Source: an uncultured Planctomycetota bacterium (GTDB taxonomy: Bacteria > Planctomycetota > Planctomycetia > Gemmatales > Gemmataceae). Taken from it: a stretch of 64,000 nucleotides of DNA. The stretch covers positions 288,001 to 352,000 of the forward strand of contig CAWKHF010000004.1 in assembly GCA_963849325.1 (NCBI GenBank), given 5' to 3'. The notes beneath the pieces were generated by a model. That model saw only the letters and a program-made list of their open reading frames with translations. It was not told the origin of the DNA and ran no database searches. Both the position numbers and the translations under genes were made by a program. Positions within the stretch are counted from its first letter, which is position 1. Each line of letters starts with the position of its first letter. Below are positions 31,475-43,764 of this stretch, piece by piece.

Positions 31475-31503
31475 AGCTCCTCGGAAGGCCGCGCAGATGA
31501 GAC

Positions 31504-31535
31504 CGTGATAGGCTGCGCCTGCGCAGCCTATCACG
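31504..31535. repeat. Palindrome right of the second IS
   Basis: CGTGATAGGCTGCGC-CT-GCGCAGCCTATCACG. Confidence 0.7.
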
Positions 31536-32323
31536 AAACAACGCCGACCTCGGAAAACGCCATTACTTCTTGGATGGACTAGGGTTGCGCTAAATGATGC
31601 GCAATCTTCTTCCCCTGCTAGGCCGCACAGCGGTCACAGAGCGAGGACTTTGCTATCTCGCGCTCGCGCGCGATAGCATGGGAAAGCGCTTTCCCACTGC
31701 TGTCGAGGATGGACCCCAAAGACAGCATCCTTTGACCGCGCACACCCCGCTCCATCCGGTAAGCCCGACTCTATCCGCTGGCCAACGGCATGGCAAGAAA
31801 AAACCGACACGATTTCCGCGGTTGGGATAGGGTGCGTGCCTTCGGGTAGTTCCTGTTTGCCCTCGTTGCCCAGCTCGACTTCCCGTCCGGTCAGGGACCG
31901 GCCGAGAAGCAGCGCTTCGCCCACGGACGTTGCCCAGCCGAGCGGGGCAACGAGGGTCTACGGCCCGACACTCCAACGATCCGAAATGATGGAGCACTCG
32001 ATCGGAAAGCGCAGCTGCCTTGAGACTCTGGCCAAGTGGCATAGACGGCAGTTGCCCTCGCGCAAACGGAATGCCCGCAAGCTTTTGGGGGAGTCGGGTG
32101 TGTTTGCCCCCCCTCTCCGCCCCGGCAAGGTGACAGACAGACGCAGACGGACGGACAGCAACGACCCCAAACGATTTGCCCACCCGCGACTTCTGGCGGT
32201 TCGTCGAATCGCGCGGCTCTTCGGGCCACTGCGAAACGAAAACGCCGGTGAGCGCGTGACACGCCGGTCACGCGGGTGCCTAAGGGGGGATAGGCACGTC
32301 TAACCGTGGAAAGGAGTTCGGTC

Positions 32324-35300
32324 ATGGTCCTCCTCTGTCCGCGTCTGGTCCTCCCGGCACTGCCGGTCTTCCTGGGGCTGGCGCTGTCCGCCGCACCGCT
32401 CTCCGCGGCCGCTCCGCCGGCGTCCGCGAGCTGCGCATCCAGCAGGTCGGCGATGTCACCTATTTCCACGTCCAGTTCGCCACGCCGCGAGGGATGACGC
32501 CGGGCGGCGAGACGCGCCTGGTGCCGCAGGACGGCCAGGCCAACCACGTCTGCCGGCGCAGCGATGATACGAGCGGCCAGGCCGCTTCTCCTCGGGGTGT
32601 CCAGCCCATCGAGACAAAAAGCGACACTCCTCCCGGTCGCCAGCCCTCGCCGGCGCCTCGTCGCCCTGTGCCGGTCGATGGCCTGGAGTTCACCGGCCGT
32701 CTGAATGGCAAGGGCGAGATCCCGTTCGTCCTGCTGTACACGATGGAGAATCCGCTGCCACGCCTGGGACTCTTCCGTTCGCAGATATTGCGTGGCCGGC
32801 AGCGCCTCAACTGGGTCGAAACGCCCGTCGTGCTCGATTTTCGCAAGGCCGAGAAGGTTGCTCTGCCCGCCGAGGCCAGGGAACGCGCAGACCGAAGCGG
32901 GCTAAGAAGAAAGCCGCTCCAATGGCCGGTGCGAGATGACCTCGAAGGATTGTGGGCCGTGGCCCAGAATGACGAGTTTGGCCGACTCCAAGCCGAGGTG
33001 ACGGAGTTCGGTTTCTACGCCTTCGCCATCCGGGCCGGCGCAGCAAGTATCACGTGCCCGTCAACCTTCACTGGAATCGCAGCATTCCTCCTCGCGGCTT
33101 CGCCAGGCCTCCCATTGATGCGCAACTGTACGAAACCACCACCGGAGCGGCCGCCATCGCCGAGTCGCTGCAATTGCAGCGCATGAGCAACGCCAACTTC
33201 CGCGACAACGGCAAGCGCAGCGTCGCCATCGACAAGATCGAGGGCATCGACATCGCCGAGCACCCGTGGGACAAGATGATGGGCGACAAGAAGCCCGCCC
33301 CCGAGCCGATGGCCCGCCTCATCCCCGACGACAACTACTACCTGCATTTCAAGAACATCCGCCAGTTGATCGAGTTCTCCGACCTGCTCGACCATTGGGG
33401 CACGAACCTCATCCGCGCCTACGAGGTCCACAGCCGCGATCACCGCCTCAAGGATCGCTATCAGCAACAACTCTGCCTGCGGAGCACGGAGCTGGGCCGG
33501 AAGTTCGGCCCGCTGGTGCTGCGCGGCGTCGCCGTCACCGGCAGCGACGGCTACCTGCGCGAAGGCTCCGACGTGGCGATCATCTTCCACGTCGCCAACC
33601 GTCCGCTGTTCCTCGGCGCCGTGCAGCCGTTTATCGAGGAGGCGCGCAAGAAGTTCGGCGACCAGCTCAAGGAGAGCAAGGCCGAGGTCAACGGCGTCAC
33701 CATCGAGAGCTTCACGACGCCGCTGCGCGAGGTCAGCCTGTACCGGGCGGTTGTCGAGGAGTACGTCATCTACGCCAACTCGCCGACCGGCCTGCGGCGC
33801 ATCCTCGACACCTACCAGGGCCGGCGCAAGGCGCTGGCCGACGCCCGCGATTTCCAGTACATGCGGACCATCTTCCGCTACGACGACAAGGACGAGGCCG
33901 GCTTCGCCTACCTGTCCGACGCCTTCATCCGTCAGCTGGTCGGCCCGGCCAGCAAGATCAAGGAGAAGCGACGCCTCGAAGCGCTGACGAGCATGTACAT
34001 GCTGACGGAGGGCGCCCTGTACCACGCCTGGCAGTCCGGCAAGCCGCCCGCCGACTATGACGCCCTGCTCGACGCCGCCGGGCTACGGCCGGAGGAGGTC
34101 TATCTGCCCGAGGGCCGGCCGCTGGTCTGGAACGCCGCCGCGACAGGTCGCCGTTTCCGACGTGTACAACACTCTCCACTTCGCCACGCCGTTGATCGAG
34201 CTGCCCATCGAGCAAATCACCGAGGCGGAGGCGCAGGCGTACCGCCAGTTCCGCGCTGCAGTATCTCGGCCTGTGGCGGCAATACTTCGATCCCATCGGT
34301 ATGCGCATCGCCCTCGACGATAAGCAGCGTCCGGCTCGATACCTACATCCTGCCGCTGGTAGCCAACAGTCGTTACAACGAGTTGCGCCGCGTCACCGGC
34401 GACGGCGTGGTTCGCCTGGACCTCGGCAGCATCGCGCCGCAAACGATCGCGCAGTTCATGATGCACCTGTCGCCCAACGTCGGCGACCGCGGCGGCGCAC
34501 TGGGCCTGCTCGGTTCGGGCGGTTCGGCCGGCGATCTCACTTCGCTCGTCGCCTGGGCGCTGGACCCGGTCGGCAAGTGGGTGCTCGTTCGCGCCGACGA
34601 CAGCCCGGTCTACGGTCAGCTGGCCGACCTGCTGGAACGTATCGACGAAGGACAAAATGTCGATGCCGAACGCATTGCTCGTCTGGTATTTCAGATGCCG
34701 GTCATGGTCGGCATGGACGTGAAGAACTCGTTGACGTTCGCCGTCGCCCTCGCTGCCGCGCGGACGAGCGTGATGAAGTCGCTCCCCGGCGCCTTGACCT
34801 GGGAGCCGCTGGAAAAACCCTACAAAGACGTGTCGATCGTGCAGATCAAGGCGACGCCAGCCGGCATGCGGCAGCGTACCGCTTACTCCAGCGAACACCG
34901 GCAAAGACCCGTTCCTGCCCGCCGTGTATTACGCCATGATCGACGGCGCTTTTTACCTCACGTTCAGCGAGCCGATGCTTCGCGACCTCATCGACCGCTC
35001 GCAGGAGAAGCGCGAGGGCGAGTCCCAGACGGTCGAGGTCAATAGCTCGCTGTACGTCTCGCCCGGCGCGGCGCAATTGACGCGCGGACTGGTTCAGAAA
35101 TATCTGGAGAAACAGGTCCACGACCAGGCGCTGGCGAGCGCGCCCGTGTGGTATCCCCTCTACCACAGCGGCCTTCTCGCCGAAGGGACGAGCCGCGCCG
35201 AGGCAAACACTCTGGCCGAGAGATATTTCGGTTTTGTTCCGGTCAGTCCGGACGGCGCCGCTTTCGTCTACGACCGGCGCACGGACGAGGTGCGCAACGA

Positions 35301-35466
35301 GCGGCACGGTTCGCCGGCGCGGCCGAAGACGCACAAGACACTGGCCGAGAACGCCCAAATCAAGCAACTGCTGGAGCAGCTGCGCTCGATCCGGGCCGAT
35401 CTGCGCTTCCGCGAAGACGGTATCCACACGACGCTGACGATCGATCGCAACGTCCCGGAGAAGTAG
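32324..35466 (+). CDS. Large exported hypothetical protein (about 1000 aa), several frameshifts
   Basis: AAGGAG RBS and signal peptide at 32324; continuous high-GC3 coding signal across ORFs 32494-33186, 33054-35045 and 34924-35466. No family recognised. Confidence 0.7.
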
Positions 35467-35573
35467 CTTATCCGCTCCCAGCCGCTTTCGACTTAGCGCG
35501 GCAGCGGCCAACGCTAAGCCGCAAGCGGCTGGGGCACCTGCTTTCCCACCTGGAGCAGCCGTCGCGCTGTTGT

Positions 35574-37491
35574 TCAGAACGTCCAACTCCTCGGCCACCG
35601 CTCGCGCCGCCTTGTCCATGATGAAACGATAGCGCTGCGACGGATCCTTGCCCAGCAGATCGACGAATGTCTTGTCCGTTTCCAGGTTCGAGTCGATCTG
35701 CACTTGCAGTAGTGTGCGATTGCGCGGATCGAGTGTCGTCTCGGCGAGCACCTTCGGGTCCATCTCGCCCAACCCTTTGAAGCGCGAGACCTCGGGCTTG
35801 GCGTTGGCGCGCAGGCCGGCGAGGATTTCTTCTTTGTGGGCATCGTCGCGGGCCCAGTAGGTCTCCTTGCCGACGTCGATGCGATACAGCGGCGGCTGGG
35901 CCAGGTAGACGCGGCCCTTGCGGATCAACTCGGTCATGTGCCGGAAGAAGAACGCCAGCATCAGCGTCGTGATGTGATGGCCGTCCGCGTCGGCGTCCAT
36001 GAGGAGGATGATCTTGCCGTAACGTAGACCGTTGAGGTCGAATTTGTCGCCGGCGCCGGTGCCGATCGCCGAGACGAGATCGTTCAACTCTACATTGGAC
36101 AGCACCTTGCTGAGCGGCAGCCCTTCGGAATTGAGGACCTTGCCGCGCAGCGGCAGCACTGCCTGCGTCTTGTTGTTGCGCCCCTGTTTGGTCGAACCGC
36201 CGGCGCTGTCTCCTTCCACAATAAAGATCTCTGATTCGTCCAGGCTAGTCGATTTGCAGTCGGCGAGCTTGCCGGGCAGGTTGAGGCGGCGCTGCGTGAC
36301 CGACTTGCGCTTGACCTCGCTGGCTGCCTCGCGTGAGGCGAGGCGAGCTTTGGCGGCGAGCACGATACGACCGACGATCTGGTCGGCGGCGGTCTTGTTG
36401 GCGTTCAGCCACGATTCCAGGGCCGGCCGCACCCAACCGTCCACGGTCGCCGTCATCTCCGGGTTGTTCAGCTTCTCCTTGGTCTGTCCCTGGAACATCG
36501 GCTCGCGCACGAACACCGACAGGATGGCGACGATGCCCTCGCGGATGTCCTCGGCCGTGATGGTCAAGCCCTTGACCTTGACCTCGTGCGTCTCCATGTA
36601 ATTGCGGATGGCCTTGGCGATGCCGCCCTTCAGTCCGTTCTCGTGGGTGCCTCCCGCCGACGTGCGGATGCCGTTGACGTAGGAGCGGATGGCCTCGTCG
36701 GTGGACTCGGTCCACTGCAAGGCCACCTCCATTTTTTCGCCGTTGTTGCGCGCCAGCGTGAAAGGCGTTTCCGTCACCGGCGGCTTCTGTCCCTCGACCA
36801 CGAGACGCTGCAAGAACTCCGGGATGCCGCCGGGATGCGTCAGATCATACGTCTCCTTGGCAATCTCATCCTTGAAGGTGATCTTCAGACCGCTGTGGAT
36901 GTACGACATGCTTTCCAGATGTTCGCGGATCCACTTGGGATCGAGCTGCGTTGTCTTGAAGATGTCGGCGTCCGGCTCGAAGTAGATCGTCGTACCGTGG
37001 CCGCGGAAGGGGCCGACCTTCTCCAACTCGCCGGCCGGTTTGCCGCGCCGGAACGTCTGCCGCCACTCGAAGCCGTCGCGGTGGATGGTAGCAATCAATT
37101 TGCGGGACAGGGCGTTGACGACCGACGAACCGACGCCGTGCAGGCCGCCGGAGTGGAGGTAGCTATCGCCATCGCCGAACTTGGCGCCGGAGTGCAGCGT
37201 CGTCAGGATCAACTCCAGGGCCGGCCTCTTGTGCTTGGGGTGCAAATCGACCGGGATGCCGCGGCCGTTGTCGCTGACGGTCACGGCGTCGCCGGACTTG
37301 TGCAGCGTCACCGTAACGGCGTCGGCGTGGCCGTTGAGGTATTCATCGACGGCGTTATCGACGATCTCCCAAACGAGATGGTGCAACCCCTTGGCGTCCA
37401 CGCCGCCGATGTACATCGACGGCCGCTTGCGCACGGGTTCCAACCCTTCGAGAACCCCAATGTCCTTGGCGGTGTAAGTGGTAGCGCTCAT
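35574..37491 (-). CDS. parE: Type IIA DNA topoisomerase subunit B (ParE/GyrB family, probably topo IV)
   Basis: LEGLEPVRKRPSMYIG, EIVDNAVDE, DNGRGIP, GGLHGVGSSVVNALS, EGDSAGG, PLRGK, DADADG, RFKGLGEM. Natural end ...EELDV with an apparent extra base before TGA at 35576-35574. Confidence 0.88.
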
Positions 37492-37554
37492 CAGCAAACC
37501 CATAAAACAGAGATCCGTAATCCCCTTCGGCCCAGCGTCCTCGTGAGAGGAAAC

Positions 37555-37805
37555 TCACTGCTCATATCGCTTCGATAGGATCGCCCCATTGGTGGAATCG
37601 ATCAGATAATGGGGAGCCCCCCATTCCAGAGAGGGTTCTTCAAATCGTAATCGACGTGCCAACCATCATCCTCAAGAACCAGCGTGACGCGATACGACGT
37701 GAGATCGCCATACGCTTTTTCCGCATCCAATCGAGCAATGTGAAGGGCCTGATCCGAACTGATTGCCGTTCGCTTCGGAAGTTGTGCCGATGTTGTGGGA
37801 GTCAT
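37555..37805 (-). CDS. Small hypothetical protein (PepSY-like; candidate partner of the upstream JAB-like protein), frameshift near 37615
   Basis: ISSDQALHIARLDAEKAY...WHVDYDL...GG, then PHYLIDSTNGAILSKRYEQ in the shifted frame. Confidence 0.6.
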
Positions 37806-37887
37806 TTGCTTGTACCCTGTTTCAGCATACGAATCGTTTGAAGTTCACCCTCATCCAATGAGTTTTGCCTTAGATGCTCTCTCTTTT

Positions 37888-37948
37888 TGGTGAGCCGAGA
37901 CCGTGAGGGAGCGGTCCTGTCCCGCTCCCTCACGGTCTCGGCTCACCA
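37888..37948. repeat. Palindromic REP-like element
   Basis: TGGTGAGCCGAGACCGTGAGGGAGCGG...CCGCTCCCTCACGGTCTCGGCTCACCA. Confidence 0.85.
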
Positions 37949-37960
37949 GGGGGTTAGCTC

Positions 37961-38398
37961 TTATGGTGGAAACCCCGGCCCGCCCACCAATCCTCCTCGC
38001 CTCGTCCTTGGGCCAGACAGGTGGATGCCATCATCCGCCTGAATCAGATCCGGGACGCCATGAAGATCGTCTACACGTCGATCGGCGGCGCTAGGCCTTG
38101 AATTCCAACCCTCCGCGCTGGGATGAGGATGTGTATGAAACTTGCCGACCACAATCGATCCCGGCACGAGAGGAGGGGCGCTGAGATCAATAGCAGCAGA
38201 AAGGCCTCGCACCGCACGCCGAACGGTGAGGTCACCCGTGGACAGGTCCATGTAAATCCATCCACCTTCTTCATGACGCTGCGAAGGATCGTTTGCCTGA
38301 GAATCAATCCATGCTTGGGCCATTGCCCGGGTGACGACGGCAGCATATAGCAACTCCGCTGCCGTGGGCGGCTGCCTGGGTAGATTAGGGGCGGCCAT
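37961..38398 (-). CDS. JAB/MPN-like metalloenzyme domain protein (DUF4329-like)
   Basis: HEEGGWI...VVGKFHTHP...PSAAD matches the JAB E...HxH...S..D pattern. Confidence 0.7.
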   Translation of the reverse strand: MAAPNLPRQPPTAAELLYAAVVTRAMAQAWIDSQANDPSQRHEEGGWIYMDLSTGDLTVRRAVRGLSAAIDLSAPPLVPGSIVVGKFHTHPHPSAEGWNSRPSAADRRVDDLHGVPDLIQADDGIHLSGPRTRRGGLVGGPGFPP

Positions 38399-38480
38399 GC
38401 CACTCTCTCAATCAAACATCCTTCTCTCTCTTCGTTCCTCGCCAACCGTGCCGTCGAATGACGACATCCCCCGGTGTATC

Positions 38481-38714
38481 TCACCGAGACTCATGACTCG
38501 GCGTTTCATCCTCCAGGGTGTAAATGTCTTCTCTCGGATCACTCCAATCCTCAGCCCAGGAATGATTGATCAGGGCTTGCCAATCGCCCTCCTCATCCTC
38601 CTCGGTTGCCGGCCGCACCGTGATCTTTACTGGACCGGGCTGCACTTCGGGCGGCAACTCGACATGGAGCCGATGTTGCTCGTCAATGTGTCCAATCAAC
38701 TCAACGGGCTTCAT
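38481..38714 (-). CDS. Small acidic protein, probable type II antitoxin-like
   Basis: 77 aa; N-terminal beta-rich segment GHIDEQHRLHVELP and acidic tail WAEDWSDPREDIY; GGGAGG RBS. Confidence 0.55.
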   Translation of the reverse strand: MKPVELIGHIDEQHRLHVELPPEVQPGPVKITVRPATEEDEEGDWQALINHSWAEDWSDPREDIYTLEDETPSHESR

Positions 38715-38728
38715 AATTGATTCCTCCC

Positions 38729-41122
38729 TCACTCGAACAGCGATTTCTGATCCCCGTTCGTCTCCGTCTTGCCGTTGCGCTCCCCGGCGCGGCCCTCGAC
38801 CTGGTCCCAATCGACCAACTCGATCGGCGGCGGCACGACGCGGACGAACGAGGTGCGTTTGACTGCCTCGAAGCCCTTGCCCCCGCGGCTGGCCATTTCG
38901 CGGCTACCGTAAAACTCCATCTGCTTGCCGCCGCTGGTCTCGATGACGAGCGCATCATTCTGATTGCGCACCAGGGCGCCGCCCAGGCACGTATCGCCTT
39001 GGCCCAGCTTGATGCCGATGACGCCTTTGCCCACGCCGGAGAGGACGTTGATCTCCTCGATCGGGAAATGCAACACGTGTCCCTTCGCCGAGGCCAAAAA
39101 GAGACTTCGCTGCTCCGGTTTGAGCACCGTCGCCATCACGACCTTGTCGCCCTCGGCCAGGCGAACGTAGCGACGGCCGACCTTCGTGGACGCGGTGCGG
39201 AACGGCGCCAGCGGCGTGCGCAGCACCTGTCCCTGCGCCGTCGCCACCAGCAGATAGGGACCGGCCGGTTCGCCGTTGGCGGGAGGCTGATCCATCGGCG
39301 TGAAACGCTCATCTGTCGTCACGGCGGCGACGATACGCACCTGATCGGCCAGACGGAAAAACTTGACGATCGGCTCACCGTAGCCGGACGAAGCGGGAAC
39401 CTCGCTGATCCGCATGGTGTACGACGTGCCGTCATCGGCAAAGAAGATGACGTAGTCGAGCGTGCTGCCCGGCACGACGGCCAGTACTTCATCTCCTTCG
39501 CGGACGCGCGTTCCCTCCACCGACGCCAACCGGCCGACGCGCTTGATCCAGCCGTCGCGCGTCAGCACCACGTTGGTGTTCTCGCGGACGATGTACGCCT
39601 CGGGATCGAACTCCGGCGCGTCCTCCGCCGATCCCATGCGCGTCCGCCGGCGGTCCTTCGCTCCGTACTTCTCTCCCAACTCGTTCAGTTCGTCCTTGAT
39701 GACACCCCACAGTTTCTTCTCGGAGCGCAGGATGCCCTCGATCTTCTCCGCCTGCGCCGTCTTCTCCTTCAGTTCGTCGAGGATCTTTTTAATCTCCAGT
39801 TGCGCGATCTTGTACAGCTGCACGTCGAGGATGGCGGCGGTCTGCTCCTCATCGAGCTTGAACGCCGCGATCAGGCGCTCGGCGGCGTCGGCCTTGCCGT
39901 CACTGTCGCGGATGATCTTGATGGCCCGGTCCAGGGCGTTGAAGATAATGCGGAAGCCTTCGAGGAGGTGGATGCGCCGCCGCAGTTGCTCCAGTTCGTA
40001 CTCGAAACGCCGGCGAACGGTCGCCAGGCGGAAATCGAGGAAGTAACGCAGGATGGCCTTCAAGCCGAGCCGCTCCGGCCGCGTCCTCTCCTTGCCCTCC
40101 GCGTCCGCCACCGGCACCAAGCACGTCATGTTGTAGGCGAAATTGTCCTGCAATGCCGTGTGCTTGTACAGGTAGGCCATCACCAGGTTCGGATCGGTCC
40201 CCGGCTTCATCTCCAGGGCGATGCGGATGCCTTCTTTTTCGTTCGACTCGTTGACGAGATTGAGCAGATGCGGCAGCTTGCGCGTGGCGATGATCTCGCC
40301 GATGTCGGACTCCAGCTTGCCCTTGTCCACGCCGTAGGGAATCGAGGTGATGACGATTTGAGCGCGCTTGCCGGACTCCTCGACCTTCCACTCGCCCTGG
40401 ACCTTGATGCTGCCGCTGCCTTCCTCGTAAATCTTGCGCAGCGCGGCGCGATCGGTGACGACCTTGCCGCCGAGCGGGAAGTCCGGCCCCTTGATCTTGT
40501 CGAGCAATTGGGCCGTCGTCGCCTCCGGGTTTTCGATGAGGAAGATCGCCCCCTTGATGACCTCGCCGAGGTTGTGCGGCGGCATGTTCGTCGCCAGGCC
40601 GACCGCGATGCCGGAGGTGCCGTTGACCAGCAAGTGCGGCAGCTGCGCCGGCAGCACGACCGGCTCCTCGCGCGTGTTGTCGTAGTTGGGCCGCATCGCC
40701 ACGGTGCGCTGCCGCAGTTCGACGAGCAGCGCCTCCGACACGGCCGCCAGCTTGGCCTCGGTGTAGCGATCCGCGGCGGGCGGATCGCCGTCCACCGAGC
40801 CGAAGTTGCCCTGACCGTGAACCAGCGGAGCACGCATGACGAAGTTCTGCGCCATGCGCACCAGCGCTTCGTAAGCGGCCGCTCCGCCGTGCGGGTGATA
40901 ATTGCCCGTCACGTCGCCGACGATCTTGGCGCACTTGCGCGGCCGGCCGTCGAAGGTCAGGTGCAGGTCGTGATACATCGTGTAGAGGATGCGGCGCTGC
41001 ACCGGCTTGAGACCGTCGCGCACGTCCGGCAGGGCGCGCGACATGATGACCGACATGGCGTAGTTGAGATAACGCTCCTCGGTCTCCACGCGCAGGGCAA
41101 CCGGCTCGATGGTTTCCGCCAT
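38729..41122 (-). CDS. parC: Type IIA DNA topoisomerase subunit A (ParC/GyrA family, probably topo IV)
   Basis: [45 protein letters not shown] catalytic Tyr, GPDFP. No canonical QxRGGKG GyrA-box in the first CTD blade. Confidence 0.88.
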   Translation of the reverse strand: MAETIEPVALRVETEERYLNYAMSVIMSRALPDVRDGLKPVQRRILYTMYHDLHLTFDGRPRKCAKIVGDVTGNYHPHGGAAAYEALVRMAQNFVMRAPLVHGQGNFGSVDGDPPAADRYTEAKLAAVSEALLVELRQRTVAMRPNYDNTREEPVVLPAQLPHLLVNGTSGIAVGLATNMPPHNLGEVIKGAIFLIENPEATTAQLLDKIKGPDFPLGGKVVTDRAALRKIYEEGSGSIKVQGEWKVEESGKRAQIVITSIPYGVDKGKLESDIGEIIATRKLPHLLNLVNESNEKEGIRIALEMKPGTDPNLVMAYLYKHTALQDNFAYNMTCLVPVADAEGKERTRPERLGLKAILRYFLDFRLATVRRRFEYELEQLRRRIHLLEGFRIIFNALDRAIKIIRDSDGKADAAERLIAAFKLDEEQTAAILDVQLYKIAQLEIKKILDELKEKTAQAEKIEGILRSEKKLWGVIKDELNELGEKYGAKDRRRTRMGSAEDAPEFDPEAYIVRENTNVVLTRDGWIKRVGRLASVEGTRVREGDEVLAVVPGSTLDYVIFFADDGTSYTMRISEVPASSGYGEPIVKFFRLADQVRIVAAVTTDERFTPMDQPPANGEPAGPYLLVATAQGQVLRTPLAPFRTASTKVGRRYVRLAEGDKVVMATVLKPEQRSLFLASAKGHVLHFPIEEINVLSGVGKGVIGIKLGQGDTCLGGALVRNQNDALVIETSGGKQMEFYGSREMASRGGKGFEAVKRTSFVRVVPPPIELVDWDQVEGRAGERNGKTETNGDQKSLFE

Positions 41123-41329
41123 GAAACTACCTCAGAAACAGAACAAACGATCATTTCTCCCAGAATTGTAGCAGCGCCGCAATCCCAAACCCAGGTCAGT
41201 TCTCCGCCAGGACATTAAACATAAGTATAGCATAAATAGATACTTACGAACGAGAAGCCGTCCCGGCACCCGGGAAATACTATTCATCCATTCAGTATAT
41301 CGTCGGAACGCGACAACGTCGGCAAAGAA

Positions 41330-41385
41330 TCCGAGCCTGAAGCGTAAGCGAAGAGAATGCTCTTCGCTTACGCTTCAGGCTCGGA
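41330..41385. repeat. Palindromic REP-like element
   Basis: TCCGAGCCTGAAGCGTAAGCGAAGAG-AATG-CTCTTCGCTTACGCTTCAGGCTCGGA. Confidence 0.85.
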
Positions 41386-41417
41386 AAGATTCTCCCTGGC
41401 CCCTTGCATGATACGGA

Positions 41418-42326
41418 TCATTTTCTCGGCGGCGGATACGCCTTGGCGATGTCGGTCAGCATTTGCTCGTAATCGGGCGAGACATCCTCGAAGCTGGTGA
41501 TACGGCACATCTGCAATGTCTGCCGTCCCTGGCGACTGGCCTTGGCGGCCAGCAGGCCGGCGCGGAAACGCTCGACCAACTCCTCGCCGATCTTTCCCGG
41601 ATAGTAGCCAATGACCGCGCAGGGGAATGCCTCCGACTGCTGCAACACCCGGACCTTGGCGAAATACTCCGGGTAGCGCGTCCGGTAGGCGGTCAGTTCC
41701 GTGTCGTCGATTACCGCGGCTTGCGCCGACCCGTCGATCACGTCATCGATGGCGTAACAGGCATCGCGCGGTGTGGAGACGCGACCGAAAAAGTTCTCCG
41801 GCGTGGTTCCGGGAAGAACACAGCGGCGCTGGAGATAGAGCCAGCAGTGCTCCCGGCTCATGTACGGCAGGGCGACGACCTGCCCTTTGAGGTCGGCGAG
41901 GCCGCGGACCTTGCCGTCGTTCCGGACTACCAGGTGAGCGCGGAGGAAAGGTTGCTGATTGACCGCCAGCAGCAGCGGTTTCAACTGCGGGACCTGGCGG
42001 CGCGCCCAGGCGAACTCCACGCCGTGGAAGACGCCGAGGTGAACGTCTCCTTCCTGGAGCCGCTGAGCGAGGTGGTTGGCGTCTCCGCCCGCCACCAGCT
42101 GGCCGGTCATCCCGGTCTGCGCCTCCAGCAGCGCCCGAAACGGCCGCATGATGACCTGCATGAGCGGCTCGGACGTATCGCGGAACAGGCTGGAGACCAG
42201 GCCGATGCGCACGGGTTGGGGCGTCTCGTCCGCCGCCCGCCCGCTCGATGCCGTCAGGCCCAGGACCAGTCCCAGCCCCGCGACGAGCCATCCCCGTTTG
42301 TTCCTCTGGCCGTAACTCATGCTCAT
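41418..42326 (-). CDS. PhnD/SsuA-family periplasmic substrate-binding protein
   Basis: Signal peptide; LVVRNDGKVRGLADLKGQVVAL; DVIDGSAQAAVI. Confidence 0.75.
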   Translation of the reverse strand: MSMSYGQRNKRGWLVAGLGLVLGLTASSGRAADETPQPVRIGLVSSLFRDTSEPLMQVIMRPFRALLEAQTGMTGQLVAGGDANHLAQRLQEGDVHLGVFHGVEFAWARRQVPQLKPLLLAVNQQPFLRAHLVVRNDGKVRGLADLKGQVVALPYMSREHCWLYLQRRCVLPGTTPENFFGRVSTPRDACYAIDDVIDGSAQAAVIDDTELTAYRTRYPEYFAKVRVLQQSEAFPCAVIGYYPGKIGEELVERFRAGLLAAKASRQGRQTLQMCRITSFEDVSPDYEQMLTDIAKAYPPPRK

Positions 42327-42424
42327 TCCCTCCCCTGTCGGTTGGCGTGGAATCCTGTTCAATCCGGTGTCTGTCCGTTCCGCCCCGGAACCTCATCGCG
42401 GTACCGAGACGCTGCGCCCTGGGA

Positions 42425-43764
42425 TCATTCCTTTTTCATCGGCTCGCCCGGAAGGTCGAGCAATCCCTCTTCACAAGCTGGGGCCGCGTCGAAATCCACG
42501 GCGAACCCGCCCGCTGTCGCTCGTTCCAGGGCCACCAGGGCCAACAGAGACTGGTAGTGGGCCTCCTTCCAGTCCAGCTGCAAGCGCGACGTGACGAGAC
42601 CGGCGTTGATGACCTCATCGATGTTGGGATAGGCGGGCGTCTTGGGATTGAAGCTAGCCTTGACCTTCTCGGAGAACAGCACCGATTGCCGATACGCTAA
42701 CTCCAGATAAACCGCTCGCTGCGCTCGGTCCAGCCAGCGGCGATACAGGTCTTCCACCTCCAGCGCGATCAGGTTGCGCGTCTTGACGACGGCGATCTCG
42801 GCGCGCTCGAAGTAATCGTGGGCCAACTGGACGCGAGCGGCGCGCGAACCGTTGAGCGTGGTCGGCATGTCCGGGCCGATGGGCGCGGGCCGATACTCCA
42901 GTCCCTCGACGGTGCCGGTTGGGATGGGGTTGGCGTGGAGGTCCGAACCGGAAGCGAAGGTCCGCAAGCTGGGCCGGCAACTCGTGTTCTGCGCCTCGAT
43001 CTCCAGACAAATGACCTGGGCCAGCGTGTTGACCTGGACCAACTCGGCGCGGCGAGCCAGGGCCAGGGCCGTCAACTCCTCCAGCTTGGGATCGACGCGC
43101 GGACACGGCAGGTTGCGATCGGGCAGTTCGAGGACGAAATCCGGCCCGACGCCCATCGCCTCGCGCAGGGCAGCCCGGGCGCGCTGGTAGCCCTGATCCG
43201 CTTCCTGCACGCGGCCGGTGACCGTGTGCAGGAAGGATTTCACCAGGTTCAGGTGTTCCTCCAGGACGACATCGCGCCGCTGCTTCCCCTTGGACACCTC
43301 CGTGACCAAGGTCGCAAGGTCGCCCAGTCGGGGCCGAATTTGCTCGTTGACGAGGCGGACCTGCTCGGCCGCATTCAGGGCGGCCAAGTACGTATAGGTG
43401 ACGCCGTAAACGGTATCCACCTCCGCCCGGGCGACGCCGGCCTGGGCGATGATCACGCCCAGGCTGGCTTGCTTGCGACGGACGGGCAACTCGCGGCCCA
43501 GCAAGGGGGGGCGCGTAGATCCTGCACGGCCTTGACACGGTCGAGCGACGTCTTCAAGGTGGCCTGGGCCGCGGCGATGGATGGCTGATTTTGCAGGGCG
43601 ATTGCTCGGCACGCCTGGATCGACAGGGTCGGCTTGTTCGGCGAATCGGTCTTGGCGGGCGGGGCGTCCGCGTAGCCGCGGAGCGCCAGACACAGCAGAA
43701 CGGTCACGACGCCGGCCGCGACGACCGGCCCGGCGCTTCGCCGGTGCAATCGACAACTAGTCAT
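42425..43764 (-). CDS. TolC-family outer membrane protein (frameshift near 43510)
   Basis: LSIQACRAIALQNQPSIAAA, ARAALREAMG, LALARRAEL, ALVALERATAG. Confidence 0.75.

Noticed and set aside
31540-32320. Integron integrase or another real gene next to the cassette
   Set aside because: The ORFs here lack tyrosine-recombinase motifs and host-like codon bias; treated as intergenic or decayed sequence.
34846-35573. Long C-terminal extension on the topoisomerase B subunit
   Set aside because: An extra base after ...EELDV skips the stop, and the extension is antisense to the convergent gene ending at 35466.
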